From: Octopus sinensis
Lineage: Eukaryota
Length of the DNA stretch: 64,000 nucleotides
Assembly: GCF_006345805.1 (NCBI RefSeq)
Contig: NW_021832226.1
Location: 124,001 to 188,000, forward strand
Reading direction: 5' to 3'
The notes under the pieces are model-generated. The model was not told the origin of the DNA. It worked only from the letters and a program-made list of their open reading frames with translations, and ran no database searches. This document shows positions 61,701 to 64,000 of this stretch, in pieces. Position 1 is the stretch's first letter. Every line of letters begins with the position of its first letter. The position numbers and the translations under genes were made by a program.

Positions 61701-62683
61701 TGACAGAATTTTCATGCACACAACACATTTTGGGCTTGCAAATCCATCTTTATCAATACAAATAAACCCATATTTTATATAATCAGGATTATATTTGCAT
61801 ATCTTAACAACATTCGAGGAATTCATATCAATAGCGTGCTTAAAAATTTTATTAACTTTTACTAAAAAATAAATATAATAATACGATTTTTATAAATAAT
61901 TGAGTTACATTCAGCTTTAAAGTAATTTAGCCTCCTCAGTATTATTGAATATTAAAATATATTAATTTATTTAGCCCCCTCAGTATTTTTGAATATTAAA
62001 ATATATTAATTTATAATATATCTAAAAGAGATATTATTAATTATGATTTAATTCTATTATATATTAATTTAAAATTATTATCATTAAATAGAAACATTTA
62101 AATAAAGTTTCAGAAAAATCTCGCGGACCCCCTGGAATCTTTCGCGGACCCCTAAGGGGTCCGCGGACCCCAGGTTGAGAACCACTGGTCTAGACAAATC
62201 ACTAGCTTGTGATCTGAATTCGCACATTTAAGATACAATCTATACATTACAATTTGTATGATACCTTTCATTAATTACAGTAAAATTTTCAATTTTCTTA
62301 ACTAGTCTATATTTTTTTGCTTTGTAAGATGTTCAGGAAATTTATCCTGTAAAGCATCTTTTAAAATTTGATATTCCAAACTATTCTTTACATAACCTTT
62401 CTACGAGGACATTGCTGCAAAATATACTTGCACGCTAGAAATAACTCAAGAAATTTAGGTTTTCCACCAAAAAAATTAATTTCTGATAATTAAATTCCTA
62501 CAAATATAATTTTTTGTCAAAATGAGAGAGTCTTTAGCTAATTTAGTAAATTATTAAATGATAAGAATGAGTCGCGGTCTAATTAAAAGATTTATAATTT
62601 AATCCCATCAATGTCATAATTGCACATTTCAAGGTCACGTCAGGTATCGCGCGGCCCATAGGTATCGCGCAAACCATGTCACA
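58752..62683 (-). mobile_element. Ginger2/TDD-type integrase DNA transposon (defective)
   Basis: TIRs TGTGACATGG...ATACCTGACGTGACCTTGAA at both ends, with a TATTA duplication (58747-58751, 62684-62688). Minus-strand H2C2 (HDFSHGG..CEIC) and rve core (IDVYSRF, QSDNGTEF, SQGIVERFN); no RT or LTRs. Confidence 0.82.
60110..62187 (-). mobile_element. Buster/Charlie hAT element nested in the Ginger
   Basis: TIRs CAGTGGTTCTCAACC with 8-bp TSD GTCTAGAC (60102-60109, 62188-62195). Fragmented transposase (YIKYGF..CVVC, TTDGAPEM, HCMLHRYALA, HTEVRWLSRG, FPTTYLCEHGFS). Confidence 0.95.
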
Positions 62684-63332
62684 TATTATTTTAACCCAAG
62701 AATCACCAACAGTTAATTAGGGTAATTAATTAGGTGATTCCAACATCCTCAAAATCTTGCTCAGCTTTTCCCGATGTTGGACTCTGGACCCAACACAAGT
62801 GCGGGACGGGCGGGGAGCAGTTTTTTTGAGGAATTGAATTGGGGTGATGTGCTTCAGATTGTTGTAGTCTTTTGGCAGGTGGTCTTGTTGAAGGGCTAAG
62901 AAACCCTTTCCATCTTTCTTAATAAGTTGGTCAAGCGGAGTTAGGGTGATGTTGTTCAGTTTGGAAATTTTCGTTATGCTAGCCGCGGCTCGGCACAGTG
63001 TAGTCACAATTTTAAGGCGGTTAGACCATGAGAGATTAGAACCCCAAGCGGCGCAGGCGTAGCCAATTGTTGGTTCGATGAATTGTTTGTAGAGAGTGCC
63101 GAGAGCCGGGAACGGTGTCTTTAGTCCACCAAAAATCGATTTGATTAATCCAATCTTTCTCTGACTGGATCCGATGGCCTTCTCTAAATGGGCAGTAAAA
63201 CACATGTGGGTGTCAAAAGTGACCCCCAGAATTTTAGGGTTCTTCGTGAATGGGATCTTCTCGTTGTCCAGGAAAAGATCAACAGTAAGGCTTCCAAGTC
63301 TCTGATTTTTCTCTGTATCGTAGTATTTCACA
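62684..63332 (-). mobile_element. 5'-truncated LINE (GIT-stop family, subfamily B); tail split by the Ginger
   Basis: Close paralog of 33918-34550. The remaining (TAA)n tail lies at 58741-58751. Candidate TSD AAGTGTA at 58736-58742 and 63333-63339. Confidence 0.88.
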
Positions 63333-63468
63333 AAGTGTAGATACAAATATCGTTTTTATTTAAATAACTACTAATTTTAACTTTTCCCAATGGTATCGAA
63401 TATTCACTAATATTGATTAATTAATTTTCTAATTAAATTTTGATTAAAAAGAGGTGAAAACATATTTA

Positions 63469-63831
63469 CAGTGGGTCAAATTAGTCTTGGGACACTTGTA
63501 TATTTTTAATAAAATTTTCTTTTCTTAAACATACCTGTTTTTATCTCATTTTTTCCAAAGGCTAAAAAATTAAGCAAAGTTTTTTACATAATAAAACATT
63601 TAAAAATAATCCAAGGAAAATTTTATTTGAAAAAATTTTGACATTTTAAACAAACAGTCACAAAATCAATGCTAATTAGTCTTGGGACAAATTACTTAAT
63701 ACTTTGTAAAGTATCCGTTATTCTCCAAAACTGCATTTAAGCGATTTTTATAATTGTTAACAAGCTTTTTACAAGTTTCAACAGGAATTTTATTCCATTC
63801 TTCAAAACAAAATGATTTTAATTCCGCAATA
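63469..63831 (-). mobile_element. Tc1 end, same family as 3266-3907
   Basis: TA + CAGTGGGTCAAATTAGTCTTGGGACACTTG, followed by a transposase C-terminus remnant matching 3420-3590. Confidence 0.85.
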
Positions 63832-64000
63832 CAGTATAACCTCCATTTGGGGCAGACCTCTGGCTTGGGGAACCTCTATTTTTGGGGAAACCTCTATTTT
63901 TGGGGTAGTTTGAAAAGGATATAATTTTTATGCGGTAATTTCCAAATTTAGAAATTACCGAACCTCTAAGTGGGGCACAGGATTTTTAATTTATATACAT
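63832..64000. mobile_element. Start of a pogo-like element inserted at TA in the Tc1 (runs off the window)
   Basis: TA + CAGTATAACCTC terminus, followed by repeated AACCTCTATTTTTGGGG subterminal motifs. Homology to the 3266 Tc1 copy stops exactly here. Confidence 0.6.

Overview
AT-rich eukaryotic nuclear DNA, not prokaryotic: no CRISPR, rRNA or tRNA was found. Genes are split by very short GT-AG introns, mostly 23-34 nt. The gene set (Csk, NELF-A, a class I bHLH-PAS factor, ankyrin, FKBP15, MS4A-like) is metazoan. Together these point to a reduced animal parasite of myxozoan or dicyemid type (inference). I spliced about 13 genes by hand: gelsolin-like, RRP36, CSK, LSM3, MS4A-like, NELFA, CTU2, ankyrin, IGBP1, HIF-alpha-like, FKBP15, NSA2 and SNAPC1. 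They lie among dense, often nested mobile elements: Tc1, pogo, hAT, Ginger-type, a Helitron carrying a ~95-bp satellite, and four or five non-LTR families. The most notable observations are: (1) an ankyrin whose ANK repeats are disabled by many lesions while its ZU5-ZU5-UPA module and a novel 2.57-kb intronless [YF][DN]xxGxP repeat exon stay open; (2) a LINE family whose three diverged subfamilies keep a covarying 3' stem-loop overlapping the terminal G-I-T-stop codons; (3) a twin-priming-type inverted CRE-like insertion with a 12-bp TSD; (4) a multi-level nested transposon stack at 55.8-63.3 kb. Gene identities come from recalled family motifs, not database searches.
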